A model generated the notes under the pieces. It saw only the letters and a list, made by a program, of their open reading frames with translations. It was not told the DNA's origin and searched no databases. A stretch of DNA of 64,000 bases. Source: a virus. Taxonomy: Duplodnaviria > Caudoviricetes. Positions 8,101 to 17,800 of the stretch are shown here, piece after piece; positions within the stretch are counted from its first letter, which is position 1, and each line of letters begins with the position of its first letter. The DNA lies in IMG/VR virus record IMGVR_UViG_3300030098_005649; one strand, 5' to 3'. Made by a program: the position numbers and the translations under genes.

Positions 8101-10654
8101 TACAGATCCAGGTGGTCAAGCTGCAGCTTACTTTGGTGTTCTTAGAGAGAATGGTGGAACTTCAGGAGTTTCTGCATCACTTTTCGATGATGTTGGTGAA
8201 CCTGTACCTGGACTTGGTAATGGTACTTTTACAGGAGGTACACATTTAGGATTTCAAGTTGATGCTGGAAATTACTTCAAACTTGTAAATTCAGAACCAC
8301 AATTCAGAGTAGGTGATAGAGGACAAGAAAATTATATTGGTTATGATGGTGGTGAACAAGTACTAACCATAACCTCATCTGTAGCAGATATTAGATTCTC
8401 GGAAACATATGATGATTCACATTTTCGTATTAGTGGTTCTGATGTTAGATTATCAGCTCCAAGATTTTACTTGGGTGGTAATACACAATACATTAGTGGT
8501 AGTAATGGGTTCATAGAAGTAAGTTCAAGTAACATTCATATAGAACGAGATGGTAATTTGACGGTTAGACGAGTTACCGCAAATGACGGATTTATTGGTG
8601 GTAGTGGTGGATTTGGAATTAAAGATTCATTATTACACTCACCTGCTAGTGCAATAAATTCTCCAATTTCACAACCACCACCAAATCAATTGAATTTTGA
8701 AACAGGTGGAAACAAAACTGGTAGAAGATTTGCAATTTTGGCAGATTACACTGGTTCTTTTGGTTATTATATGATAGATGCTGGTATAGATGGAGACCAA
8801 ATTGCAGTAGCTATGATGTCGGCCTCTACTAAAACAACAGAAGATGATGATGGTGCTGTAACTGCACATAGTGAGTTGGGATTCTATGGACAAGGTAATG
8901 CAAAATCTATAGAGGGTAAGGAACAAAAAGTATATCGGAAGATGATAGTAAGTGCAATAACACCTGAAACCACACCTTCTTGTTTTCTAAAAAACACTAT
9001 GATTACTATGGCGGATGGTAGTGAGTTACCAATACAAGATATAGAAGTTGGAATGAGAGTATTGTCATATAATGAAGATTTAGATGATGTTGTTGCAAGT
9101 AAAGTAACGGAAGTATTTTATCATCCAGCCGAACACACCGATGAATATTTTATAATAAATGATAAAATTTTTGTCACGGGTAATCACGAGATTTATACAC
9201 CAAATGATAGATATAATATTATTACTGGTGATGTCTATAAAACTGATTGGAGTAAGTGGTTACGAGTAGATAGGATGCAAGTTGATGATGTATTGGTTGA
9301 TTCTGATTTGGTAGAACATAAAGTAGAATCTATAGAAAAAATTATACGAACACCAATAGAGACTTGGAACTTGGAAGTAGAGAATACCCATACATATTTT
9401 GCAGAAGGATATATTGTACACAATGGTGCACCAGCATCACCATCTGGTAAGAATGTTGCAAGTGGTGAGTTTTCAACCATACCTGTTAGAGATGAATACA
9501 ATATGCACACCTCAGGATCTGCAAATAACATTACTGGTGCAAGAGAAGGTGATGTGTTTGGTCACAAAAATGCAACTATGCAAATTAGAGATATAATGAG
9601 AGTGGTATCTCAAAGTGTTGTAAAGGCAGCTGCTCATACTCTGGTTAGTGACCATAGTGGTTCGATATTTGCAGTTGGTGATAGAAATATTACAAATCTT
9701 GGTGCAAAAAGAGAAGTTAGTAGGTCTTATGCGGCTGCATCTACACTAAAAGGATTTTTTGTACAAAAAACTGCATACTATGTAGAGAGAAAAACTTCTC
9801 CAAATATAGGAAATGCAACCTTTCCAGCTTTTTCTGCATTTATGGGTTCTTTTGGTAGTGGGGGTACATCATTTGGTATATTTATGGATGAACCAGAAGC
9901 GATTATTAGAACTACTTCAGACCATACATTTCGTCTTACTGGACTAACATCATTACAAATACCACGAAGTCTTGCTTCATTTAGTGATACTACCGACCAA
10001 GACTATCAAGAAAGATGGAGAGTTGGTGGACATTTAGCAAATGGTATGATGTATTATAGAGAGCATGACAATTCACTTCGTATTTATGAGGGTGGATGGT
10101 TAGGTGAGACTTTTACATTCACAGGTGCTCACCATTCATTACCCAACGATAATGATATAAATCATTATACTGCATCAATTGATAGAAAAGGTGATATAAC
10201 TGATAGTGATTATAGAGGAAAGATTGTGGTGGCATCTGATGGTTATATGTATAAAAACAACATAGAAAATAAAGATGCAATTATGATTAGTCAGGCGTGG
10301 ACAAAAGTAAATCTATCCACTACACATAAGGATAAAAAAGTATATGGTGTGATTTCAGATTATTCAGAAAGAGTGAGTGGAAGTGATATGTTGGTTGTCA
10401 ATTCTGTTGGTGAGGGTGGTATTTGGATATGTGATGCAAGTGGTAGTTTTGAAAATGGTGATTATATAACAACTTCAAAAATACCTGGATATGGATGTAA
10501 ACAAGATGATGATTTGTTACATAATTATACGGTTGCAAAAATAACAAACGATTGTAATTTTGAAAGTGGAAGTCAGTATATTACTGGTTCTGTAACACAC
10601 GATGGTGTTGAGTATAAAACTGCATTTATTGGTTGTACTTATCATTGTGGATAA
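5123..10654 (+). CDS. Large virion/tail-associated protein with internal Hint domain and C-terminal chaperone-like domain
   Basis: 1843 aa; repeated F(F/I/Y)LG...(F/Y)(I/V)SGSNG.IE(I/V)SSS.FH beta units; Hint domain; C-terminal FTGAH...VNSVGEGGIW...GDYITTS..PGYG...CTYHCG. Confidence 0.7.
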   Translation: MGILRKTVRTQNYNQANVAYQDTTLTSEVFNVGQLPSTFPIGKSAFTIAGSTLLRPKIKLQIELLDGDGNAIYIEPVKANYNENFIYVSVEVYDTTKSGEGTITILGELSEAGYTQLTGQSLPSGFIGTYNVKWVQPIVIDVTEKNTQPIRFYKQPKIDIFEDQGFYTETNDPAPVTQSVNVKSNPPQHVLSKIYTPTEIELIRKNSRVSTLRELIGGGSSHIQQVSDEPLVNYPITRVQGNADFSSRHIGQNIQIGLSTSDIKEDLESYEELETNYTSSIVRVDNKDTAYPLLPPFAVDTRNGNRRPVSIKFTKIASVISQDIGTPTAAGYNVVSYVDLRLNSIRTFSGEVNRVKVYMRSAGSTADFEQIYDSPLESGELFNDDTIVGDAKRLGWFYSKTHLNNKFSFQIGSEDDPEDINPGSTDPYFPVTSSVYLTDAVNISGSNADTFSNLKFQNSTLMDFKGDTDYVISANVYVKQGKKIGAPAHLDGEKGSVLEFRISGSAFQVQSNNVLKHYGQRVMQMSSGLGQFFTPNYPESLPPGTNQGYAFGGLGKVTATFRPNSDGNGKLSILSRIGSHHISDVSIKPLRSDGFSPNFYRTRIPVPHLLTRPDSVTFLVEFYDKNNNIADVTIVSEPKTFEGPNLTIEGTDNVLSGSMFLGDASGSGIEQSGTNSGLIRSIGYQGFASASMGSGSGFLLYSGSVLPESGDNYDGVGLELHDGVSGSMRFRTDLGVFEVNTPAFFLGSNSQFVSGSNGNIEISSSDFHLTTDGDVTASKFLLEGGRITGDVTIEASLTANSISTPTGAATPSASISADGLASFVSASIGGFDVSAQGLTVLPSGPSPGEYDPAIDLDTSNRRIAINPSNSQGTSYGDTGIQLEFNSGNPRAFIGKSNAGFMKFDDGILEISSSAFILGKVGDGGQFISGSNGNVEISSSNFHLSASGDVVMAGEITAQSGEIAGYTIGTGKLTVGDSPGVNISGSGVIVAGDITDPGGQAAAYFGVLRENGGTSGVSASLFDDVGEPVPGLGNGTFTGGTHLGFQVDAGNYFKLVNSEPQFRVGDRGQENYIGYDGGEQVLTITSSVADIRFSETYDDSHFRISGSDVRLSAPRFYLGGNTQYISGSNGFIEVSSSNIHIERDGNLTVRRVTANDGFIGGSGGFGIKDSLLHSPASAINSPISQPPPNQLNFETGGNKTGRRFAILADYTGSFGYYMIDAGIDGDQIAVAMMSASTKTTEDDDGAVTAHSELGFYGQGNAKSIEGKEQKVYRKMIVSAITPETTPSCFLKNTMITMADGSELPIQDIEVGMRVLSYNEDLDDVVASKVTEVFYHPAEHTDEYFIINDKIFVTGNHEIYTPNDRYNIITGDVYKTDWSKWLRVDRMQVDDVLVDSDLVEHKVESIEKIIRTPIETWNLEVENTHTYFAEGYIVHNGAPASPSGKNVASGEFSTIPVRDEYNMHTSGSANNITGAREGDVFGHKNATMQIRDIMRVVSQSVVKAAAHTLVSDHSGSIFAVGDRNITNLGAKREVSRSYAAASTLKGFFVQKTAYYVERKTSPNIGNATFPAFSAFMGSFGSGGTSFGIFMDEPEAIIRTTSDHTFRLTGLTSLQIPRSLASFSDTTDQDYQERWRVGGHLANGMMYYREHDNSLRIYEGGWLGETFTFTGAHHSLPNDNDINHYTASIDRKGDITDSDYRGKIVVASDGYMYKNNIENKDAIMISQAWTKVNLSTTHKDKKVYGVISDYSERVSGSDMLVVNSVGEGGIWICDASGSFENGDYITTSKIPGYGCKQDDDLLHNYTVAKITNDCNFESGSQYITGSVTHDGVEYKTAFIGCTYHCG
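8981..9424 (+). other. Hint (intein-like, BIL-type) domain, 148 aa, no homing endonuclease
   Basis: Starts CFLKNTMITMADG, block B FVTGNHEIY, ends TWNLEVENTHTYFAEGYIVHN; next residue is Gly. Confidence 0.92.
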
Positions 10655-10668
10655 CATAGGAGAAAATA

Positions 10669-11151
10669 ATGTTAGTAAATTTCGATGAAATAATTGAAGT
10701 CGTATTACATCACGAGGGTGGATATGTAAACGACCCAAAAGATCCAGGTGGAGAAACTAATTTTGGTATAGCCAAAAGAAGTCATCCTGATGTGGATATC
10801 AAGAACCTCACAAAAGATGGGGCAAAAGAAATCTACAAAGAACACTATTGGGATAAAAATAAGGTAGAATCTTTACCATTACAACTCAGACACATTTATT
10901 TTGATATGTGTGTGAATCAAGGTAAGGGTAGGGCTGTAAAAATATTACAAAGAGCAGCTAATGCAAAGGGTGCTGAATTGAAAGTAGATGGTGGGTTAGG
11001 ACCTAAAACAATTGGTGCAATATCTGATTCCAATGTAGAGTTAGATAGAGTTAGGGCATATAGAATCAAATACTATGCTGACTTGGTAACTCGTAGACCA
11101 GAATTGGAAAAATTTTATTTTGGTTGGTTCAAGCGAGGATTAGAAGTATAA
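10669..11151 (+). CDS. Glycoside hydrolase family 108 lysozyme (endolysin)
   Basis: HEGGYVNDPKDPGGETNFGI catalytic motif; FDMCVNQG; VDGGLGPKT peptidoglycan-binding motif; AGGAG SD. Confidence 0.92.
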   Translation: MLVNFDEIIEVVLHHEGGYVNDPKDPGGETNFGIAKRSHPDVDIKNLTKDGAKEIYKEHYWDKNKVESLPLQLRHIYFDMCVNQGKGRAVKILQRAANAKGAELKVDGGLGPKTIGAISDSNVELDRVRAYRIKYYADLVTRRPELEKFYFGWFKRGLEV

Positions 11152-11165
11152 AAAAATATTATACT

Positions 11166-11175
11166 GATATTTATA
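11166..11175 (+). promoter_or_regulatory. Candidate late promoter motif GATATTTATA
   Basis: Intergenic, 27 nt before ATG 11203; recurs upstream of many structural genes. Confidence 0.5.
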
Positions 11176-11202
11176 AATGTAACTCATTATAGGGAAAATT
11201 AT

Positions 11203-11529
11203 ATGTCTGCATACAAACAATTTTTTACAAAAGCATTGAAGAAATTTGGAATAAAATCTATCAATGATATAACACCTGCAAAGAAAAAAGAATTCTTCAA
11301 TTACATTGATAAAAATTGGAAGGGTAAGAATGAGAATATGTATGAAAATATGTATGACGATTCACAAAAACAATTGGCTATTTCACGAATAGGAATGTTT
11401 GAGGATAATATCAAAAAATCCATAAAAAGTATAGCCATAAGAGATAAGAAAAAGGCTACAGAAATAATGAGACTTTATAAAAAACATATTATAGAATTTA
11501 AACTTGGTGTCCAAAAGGTACTCAATTAA
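11203..11529 (+). CDS. Small Lys-rich head-region protein (two modules)
   Basis: YKQFFTKALKKFG...KKEFFNYIDKNW module followed by KNE/MYE junction; upstream ATATTTATA and AGGG. Confidence 0.6.
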   Translation: MSAYKQFFTKALKKFGIKSINDITPAKKKEFFNYIDKNWKGKNENMYENMYDDSQKQLAISRIGMFEDNIKKSIKSIAIRDKKKATEIMRLYKKHIIEFKLGVQKVLN

Positions 11530-11582
11530 TGAAGAAAGGATACCACACTTGACCATATAGTGGGGAAGAACATCCAGTTGGG

Positions 11583-13601
11583 ATGAAACACGAGGAGCAA
11601 CTTATGACAATGTTTGGAAAAAGAGTAGAAGAAGGTATAGACTTATTTTTAGAAAAGAATGTACCTACTAACCCAAGTAAGTGGGCCTACTATAAAGCAC
11701 AAGCAAAAAAGAAATTCGATGTCTATCCATCTGCATATGCCAATGGATGGGCTGCAAAACAATATAAGGCTGCTGGTGGTGGATGGAGAAAAGAGAAAAA
11801 GAAGAAGAGAGAAGTGGTTGAAGATGTTGGTATTTACAAAGAAGTAAAAATAGGTCGTTATGATATTGGTATGGGTTCAAAGGGTAATGGTATTACATTA
11901 TGGAATCGTAATGTAGAGAAGGCTGGTGATTATAAAAGTATTGCTCATATTGCACCTAATGGAAAAGTTACTAACTATGAAAAAAGACAACCTAAAGAAG
12001 TTACTGCTTTTATTATGAAAATTGCTCAAGGTATGAAAGATAAACCAGTTGGTGAAGTAAATGAGAAAAAGGGAGATTTTCTTGACTCATTATTTCCAAA
12101 GGCAAAAGTACAGAAAGCAATCAAGATAGCAAAAAAGATGAGTGGTAATATGACAGGTGCTGTAAAGGCTATTGAGAAGTTTTTTCCTGGTATGTCTAAA
12201 CATACCCAAGTTCAAGATGCTCTTCGTGCTGCAAACGAGGGACTTGGTGATATGATTGGTAAGAAAGTTTCTAAACATAAAGGTTCTCGAAATATTCTAT
12301 CTAAAGCCGATGGTATAAAAAAAGTCAAATCAATGCAAAAAACTGGTGGGGCAAAAATTTATAAAGTTGATAAGGTAAAAACTCGATTGGGTGGAGAACT
12401 TATCACTATGTATAATTTATATACTAAAAATACAAATCATTCTTCTATGTCAAATCCATATGGATTGGAAATGATGAGAAGTGGTAATAAGGCTGCATAT
12501 CTTGTACCAGTAAAAGAATCTATAAACGAAGAAAAATATGTTGTTTATACTGGTAGTGGAGTAAAGGGTAGAAAGATTGTAAAACACGGATTGTCTCATA
12601 TGGGTGCAAAAAGACTATATAATAAGTTAGTCAAGACAGATAATTATGATGAAGTTGGATTTGATGACCATAAGAGTTGGAATCAAAACAATATACGAAA
12701 GGTAGATGAGTTGGTAACACCAATGGCTGTAAGTAATCCAACTGCATATAATGCATTATTGAATAAACAGATTGCAAAAGATACAAAAGTAAAAACTGCT
12801 TTGAATAATAAAGACCATAAAATGCACGGTAAGGCAAAAAGTTTAGTTCAAAGATTCTTAGATAAATTCAAAAAGAAGAATGGTAAGAAAGACGATAAAC
12901 CAAAAAAGATGTCTAAAACAGACCAAGATTTTTATAAGAAAATGTACAATATCGGTGAGGGTTTTGGTGGAGAACTAAAAGGAAAAGATAAAGAAAAATT
13001 TGAAAAGTGGAGAAAAGAAAATGCCACTCAGTTAGGTATGGAACTTTTAGAATCCTCAGAAAAATTTGCAAAAATGGCAAAAAAAAGAGGATTTGTAAAA
13101 AGAGGACAAAGTGAAAAAGAAAGAGAAAAGGGTATTGTAGATTATCTAAAAAAACATGCTAATAAAGATATCAAAGGTGCTTATCCAGACCCTTATGTGA
13201 GAAGATTACAGATACCAGGTCACGGTCCCGCACAAGATTGGTGGATGGATACTTGGTCAGTAGTCAAAAAGGTATTGGGTGAATCAATATTAGTAACTGA
13301 AGGAGTACCTGAAACTATACATCAACAACTTGGTGGTAAAAGATTTAATATGATGACTGGTGTAAAACAATTAGTCAATATAAAAAATAAAGGTCTCGGT
13401 ATAAAAATCGGTGGTGGTGCAAAAAAGAAAATAAACTATGTCGAAATAATGTATGACCGAGGTAAAGATTTATACGATGTGACATTTCACAAAATATTCA
13501 AAGGTAATTTGAAAAAAGTATCTGGACCATTCAAAGGTTTGGATGTAGAACAAATGATAAGAGTCTTTGAAAAAGAAACTGGTTTTTACACCAAATTTTA
13601 G
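11583..13601 (+). CDS. Lys-rich multi-module protein (putative internal head polyprotein); true start uncertain (11529, 11583 or 11604)
   Basis: 672-aa ORF of short unrelated modules, e.g. PTNPSKWAYYKAQAKKKFDVYPSAYANGW...GGGW, MSGNMTGAVKAIEK, TIHQQLGGKRFNMMTG...FEKETGFYT. Confidence 0.65.
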   Translation: MKHEEQLMTMFGKRVEEGIDLFLEKNVPTNPSKWAYYKAQAKKKFDVYPSAYANGWAAKQYKAAGGGWRKEKKKKREVVEDVGIYKEVKIGRYDIGMGSKGNGITLWNRNVEKAGDYKSIAHIAPNGKVTNYEKRQPKEVTAFIMKIAQGMKDKPVGEVNEKKGDFLDSLFPKAKVQKAIKIAKKMSGNMTGAVKAIEKFFPGMSKHTQVQDALRAANEGLGDMIGKKVSKHKGSRNILSKADGIKKVKSMQKTGGAKIYKVDKVKTRLGGELITMYNLYTKNTNHSSMSNPYGLEMMRSGNKAAYLVPVKESINEEKYVVYTGSGVKGRKIVKHGLSHMGAKRLYNKLVKTDNYDEVGFDDHKSWNQNNIRKVDELVTPMAVSNPTAYNALLNKQIAKDTKVKTALNNKDHKMHGKAKSLVQRFLDKFKKKNGKKDDKPKKMSKTDQDFYKKMYNIGEGFGGELKGKDKEKFEKWRKENATQLGMELLESSEKFAKMAKKRGFVKRGQSEKEREKGIVDYLKKHANKDIKGAYPDPYVRRLQIPGHGPAQDWWMDTWSVVKKVLGESILVTEGVPETIHQQLGGKRFNMMTGVKQLVNIKNKGLGIKIGGGAKKKINYVEIMYDRGKDLYDVTFHKIFKGNLKKVSGPFKGLDVEQMIRVFEKETGFYTKF

Positions 13602-13611
13602 GAGAATAAAA

Positions 13612-13821
13612 ATGCAATTTTTTAGAGAAATGCTTTCAAGTGATGCAAAAATTTCAAGTAAGAGGTTTGTTGGTTTTATGGCTTTTGCTATGTTGATAGC
13701 AAGTTGGGGAGCTGATACCTTTTCTTCATTTGAAGTGAAGGATAAAATTTTAGAATGTTTTATGTACATATCAGTAGTTGGACTTGGAGTTACTGCAGCT
13801 GAAAAATTTGGGAAAAAATAA
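13612..13821 (+). CDS. Putative holin (two transmembrane segments)
   Basis: AGGAG SD at 13600; 69 aa with SSKRFVGFMAFAMLIASW and FMYISVVGLGVTAAEKFGKK hydrophobic helices and a basic C-terminus. Confidence 0.5.
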   Translation: MQFFREMLSSDAKISSKRFVGFMAFAMLIASWGADTFSSFEVKDKILECFMYISVVGLGVTAAEKFGKK

Positions 13822-14850
13822 ATGAAACTTCGTACTATAGCAATATCACTTATCAAGAATCTGAACAAAGAATTTAAAAAGTTCGATCCTGATAAAGTTG
13901 CAGACTTCAATAAGGTCGTAAAGTTTTTGGCAAAAAAGATGCCTACTTTGGCAAAAAGAGCACCAATTGCAATAGGACATATTGCAGAAGAGTATAGACT
14001 TTACAGAGCACAAAGACCATATCCATTTGTTGATGTTGATACCATAGAATCTGTTATGAAGAGATTGAAAAAATTAGGTATGGGTAAGATGAAAGAGATG
14101 TTGAATTATCCTAATTATCTAAAGAATGTAGGTAATGTACCTGGTATACAAAAAGATGGTGAACATCGATATTATAATCCTAAAACATCAAAGAAGAAGA
14201 AAAAGGTAAGTGAAAGAGTTTGGACTCCAGCACAAGAAAAAGCTGTAAATAAACTTGATATTGAATTCAATAAGTTGAGGAATAAAAAGGGAATAGAACC
14301 TTATTCCTATGAGGCATCACAATTATGGACAAGTGCTGGATTTAGAAAAAAGATGAGAAAGATATTTGGTAAGGACGAATCTATATCAGAATTGAAAGAC
14401 CACGAAGGTTCTATGGCAAAATCTCAACTTGAAAGAAGTATGAAGTATGCTAGAATGATTTATAAAATAATTGATAATGTTGGTAAGGGTGGAGAAGTAG
14501 GTTTTCCAGCGTGGGTTCAATCTAAATTGACTAAGGCTGAAGATTACCTACAGAGTGTTTATAATTACTTAGATGGTAAGGATGGGTTGGATGATAAGTT
14601 CCAAGAAAACTTGGGAGAGTCATTACCAAATAAAGTTAGTGATAAATTCAAAAAAATGAAACCAGCTCCATCGAGCGAAAAAAAAAGACTAAAACAATTC
14701 TATAAACATCACAAGTCACATTCGGGACCTCATATAACTGGACAAGGTGCAGAACCTGATACATATGATTGGGATGACCAAGATGGTAAAGAGGGTGGTG
14801 TTCAGAACAAAGAAAAAGACAAGAAAAAACGAGGCTATGAACCAGTATGA
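13822..14850 (+). CDS. Lys-rich multi-module protein
   Basis: 342 aa; modules separated by MKE, VSE, ISE, LGE; includes DHEGSMAKSQL...PAWVQSKLTKAEDYL module. Confidence 0.6.
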   Translation: MKLRTIAISLIKNLNKEFKKFDPDKVADFNKVVKFLAKKMPTLAKRAPIAIGHIAEEYRLYRAQRPYPFVDVDTIESVMKRLKKLGMGKMKEMLNYPNYLKNVGNVPGIQKDGEHRYYNPKTSKKKKKVSERVWTPAQEKAVNKLDIEFNKLRNKKGIEPYSYEASQLWTSAGFRKKMRKIFGKDESISELKDHEGSMAKSQLERSMKYARMIYKIIDNVGKGGEVGFPAWVQSKLTKAEDYLQSVYNYLDGKDGLDDKFQENLGESLPNKVSDKFKKMKPAPSSEKKRLKQFYKHHKSHSGPHITGQGAEPDTYDWDDQDGKEGGVQNKEKDKKKRGYEPV

Positions 14851-17800
14851 AATTAGGAGAATGGTTGGCCAATAATTTACTTCTCGGACAATCATCTGAG
14901 ATTACCGAGGATGTAAAGTTACCTATCAATGTTGGTGATACGGTAATGATGGGTCGTTTCAAGAATAAAAAAGTTATAGTAAAATCCATTGATTATAATG
15001 AAAAAGGAGACCTACTAATCAATGGGAGACCTGCATTAAAATTTAGAATGGTAAAATCCGTAAAGGAAAGTAAAGAACAAATTGGTAACATACTTAGACT
15101 TCTACAGATGTATGGACAATCTAAAAATGCAGCTTCAAAAATGATAAAGAAAAATTATAAAAAGGTTGCACAAAAGTTCAGAGGAGATTCAGATAGAGAT
15201 TTGGCAATGGCACTCATAGGATATGATGTTATAGGTGAATCATATTGTGGGGAATGTCTATGTGAAAAATGTTGGAAAGGATATAAAATACATCCTACTC
15301 GTAAGACAAAAATATTGTTTGGTAAGAGATATCCTAATTGTATAAAGAATGAGGCAGATAGAAAACCTCGTAAGAAAGGACAACATAGAAACTCACCAAA
15401 TCATTCAGATTTATATACAGACGAGAATCCAAAAGGTACAATACACGGATTGAAATTTGCAACCGTAAAGGACGCAGAAAAATCTGTAAATAAAATAAAG
15501 AGTAGTGGTAAATCTCACGCTCATAAAATACAAGCAGCAGTTGCTATGGAACAAAGAGCAAAAGAGATGGGAAAGAAAAGTGCTGCAGGAGTTTATAGAA
15601 AATACATCAATCAGATGAAAGAGAAGACCAAAAAGAAAAACGAAATTGGAATACCATCACCAAGTCGTAAGATGGTAAAGAAGATGAAAAAGAAAGGACA
15701 TACTTCTGTTCCATATGGTAGTGGTTACAAAAAAATGAATGAAAAAAAGCTTGACTTATATAGTGAAAATGATGTATATTTAGGTATGGAAAATGAGAAA
15801 AACGCCTTAAATGAAAATAAAATAAAAAAAGTAATTGGTGTGTATGGTGGTAGGTTTCAACCATTTGGCCCACATCATAAAAAAACATTTGAGTGGTTAC
15901 AATCAAAAACAGATGATGCATATATAACTACAAGTGATATAAAGAAACCACCAAGACATCCATTGAATTACAAAGAAAAAATTAGACATATGTCTAAAAT
16001 GGGAATATCACCCAATAAAGTCATAAAAGAAAAATCACCATTGGTTGCAAATAATCTTTTATCTAAATTTGACCCAAAAACAACTGCAGTAGTTTATATA
16101 TTTGGTGAAAAAGATGCAGGTAGATTAGCAGGTGGTCGAAAGAAAGATGGTTCATTAGGATATTTTCAGGATTATAAAAAACATAGAGGTAATCTAAAGG
16201 GATTTGAAGAACACGGATATTTCTTGACTGCACCACATATTAGTATGAAAATTGCTGGTATGGAAATATCAGGTACTACGATGAGAAAAGTATTGGGTTC
16301 TTCCAAGATAAAAGATTCGGATAGACCAAAAGTTTTCAAAAAATTATTTGGATACTATGATGAGGGTATTTATAAGATGCTAACTAACAAGTTCAAAGGA
16401 CTTGTAGACCATATAATACCAGATAAAAAAATAGAAGAATTTTTGATGAAAGAAGGTTCTGTAAGTGTTCCAAATTTATCAGACGAGGGACTATATGACT
16501 TTTTCAAATCATACGATGATTACGAAAGAGTTTCACCAAAACACGCCAATATATTGGCAGGATTTGAGGTAATTGGACATTTGATTGATAAAAAAGATGT
16601 TATGGAAAACGACTTTACATATGAATATGAAAGAACACCAACGGTAACATTCGGAAGAACTGTAAATCAAAATACTAAGAACTTTGCAAGTTCTGATAAT
16701 CCATTTCCAAAACACATTTCATATATGAAAGAATTAGCAAATACTATGGGAATGAAAATTCTAAAATTTATTGGAACTGAAAACAAAGGTGTTGGTGGTC
16801 AAAAAGTAGATGGTGTGATAGAATCTGAGATTGATTTTTATTTGGGTTTGGATGAACAACTTGATATTTATACTAAGGAGATAGTTGAAGTATTATCTAA
16901 CGAAGATTATAAAGGAAAAGAGTTATTACTTATGGGTGGTGCATACGGACATATGGCACATCCCTTTGACGATAAAAATTTGACATTTGGGGATATAAAA
17001 AATATTATTGATTTAGGGTTACAAGGTAAACTTGATGCTGAAGCTGGAGTACAAGAAAAATTAGATGGACAAAATCTAATGATAAGTTGGAAAGGTAAGA
17101 ATCTCGTAGTTGCTAGAAATAAAGGAGATATAAAACGAGGTGGTGCATCAGTTGGTTCTATAAAGGCAAAATTTAAAGGTAGAGGTAATATTGAAAAAGC
17201 TTTCTCATATGCACTTGATGACTTGAGTAAGTCCATCGGTAAATTAACTGATGCACAAAAGAAAAAGATATTTGATGATGGTAACAATTATATGAATTTA
17301 GAAGTTATGTATCCAGCATCAGCTAATGTGATAAATTATGACGCACCAATAATTGTCTTTCACGGAGCACTAAAGTACAGAGGTGGAGAGGCAATTGGTG
17401 AAGTACCAGGTAGTGGTAGAATATTGGCAGGAATGATAAAACAAATTGGTGCTAATATCGGTAAGAAGTTTAGTATTAGAGGGCCAAATGTATTGAAGAT
17501 GACTAAATCACAAGATTACTCAAAACAAAGAGCTTACTTTTTTGCTAAATTAGACAGATTGAGAAATCAATATAAACTATCTGATAGTGATAAATTGTCA
17601 GTTTATCATCAACACTATTGGTTAGAGTGGATACTCAATGGTGCAAACCAAACCGATTATCCAAATCCACCTGATAATGTTGTATATGCACTAATGAAGA
17701 GATGGGCATTTTTTGACAAGAGTTACACAGTACCGATGATAAAAAGAGACCTAAAAGAACATCCTAAATTTTTAGATTGGGTGTTGAGTACCGATAAACA

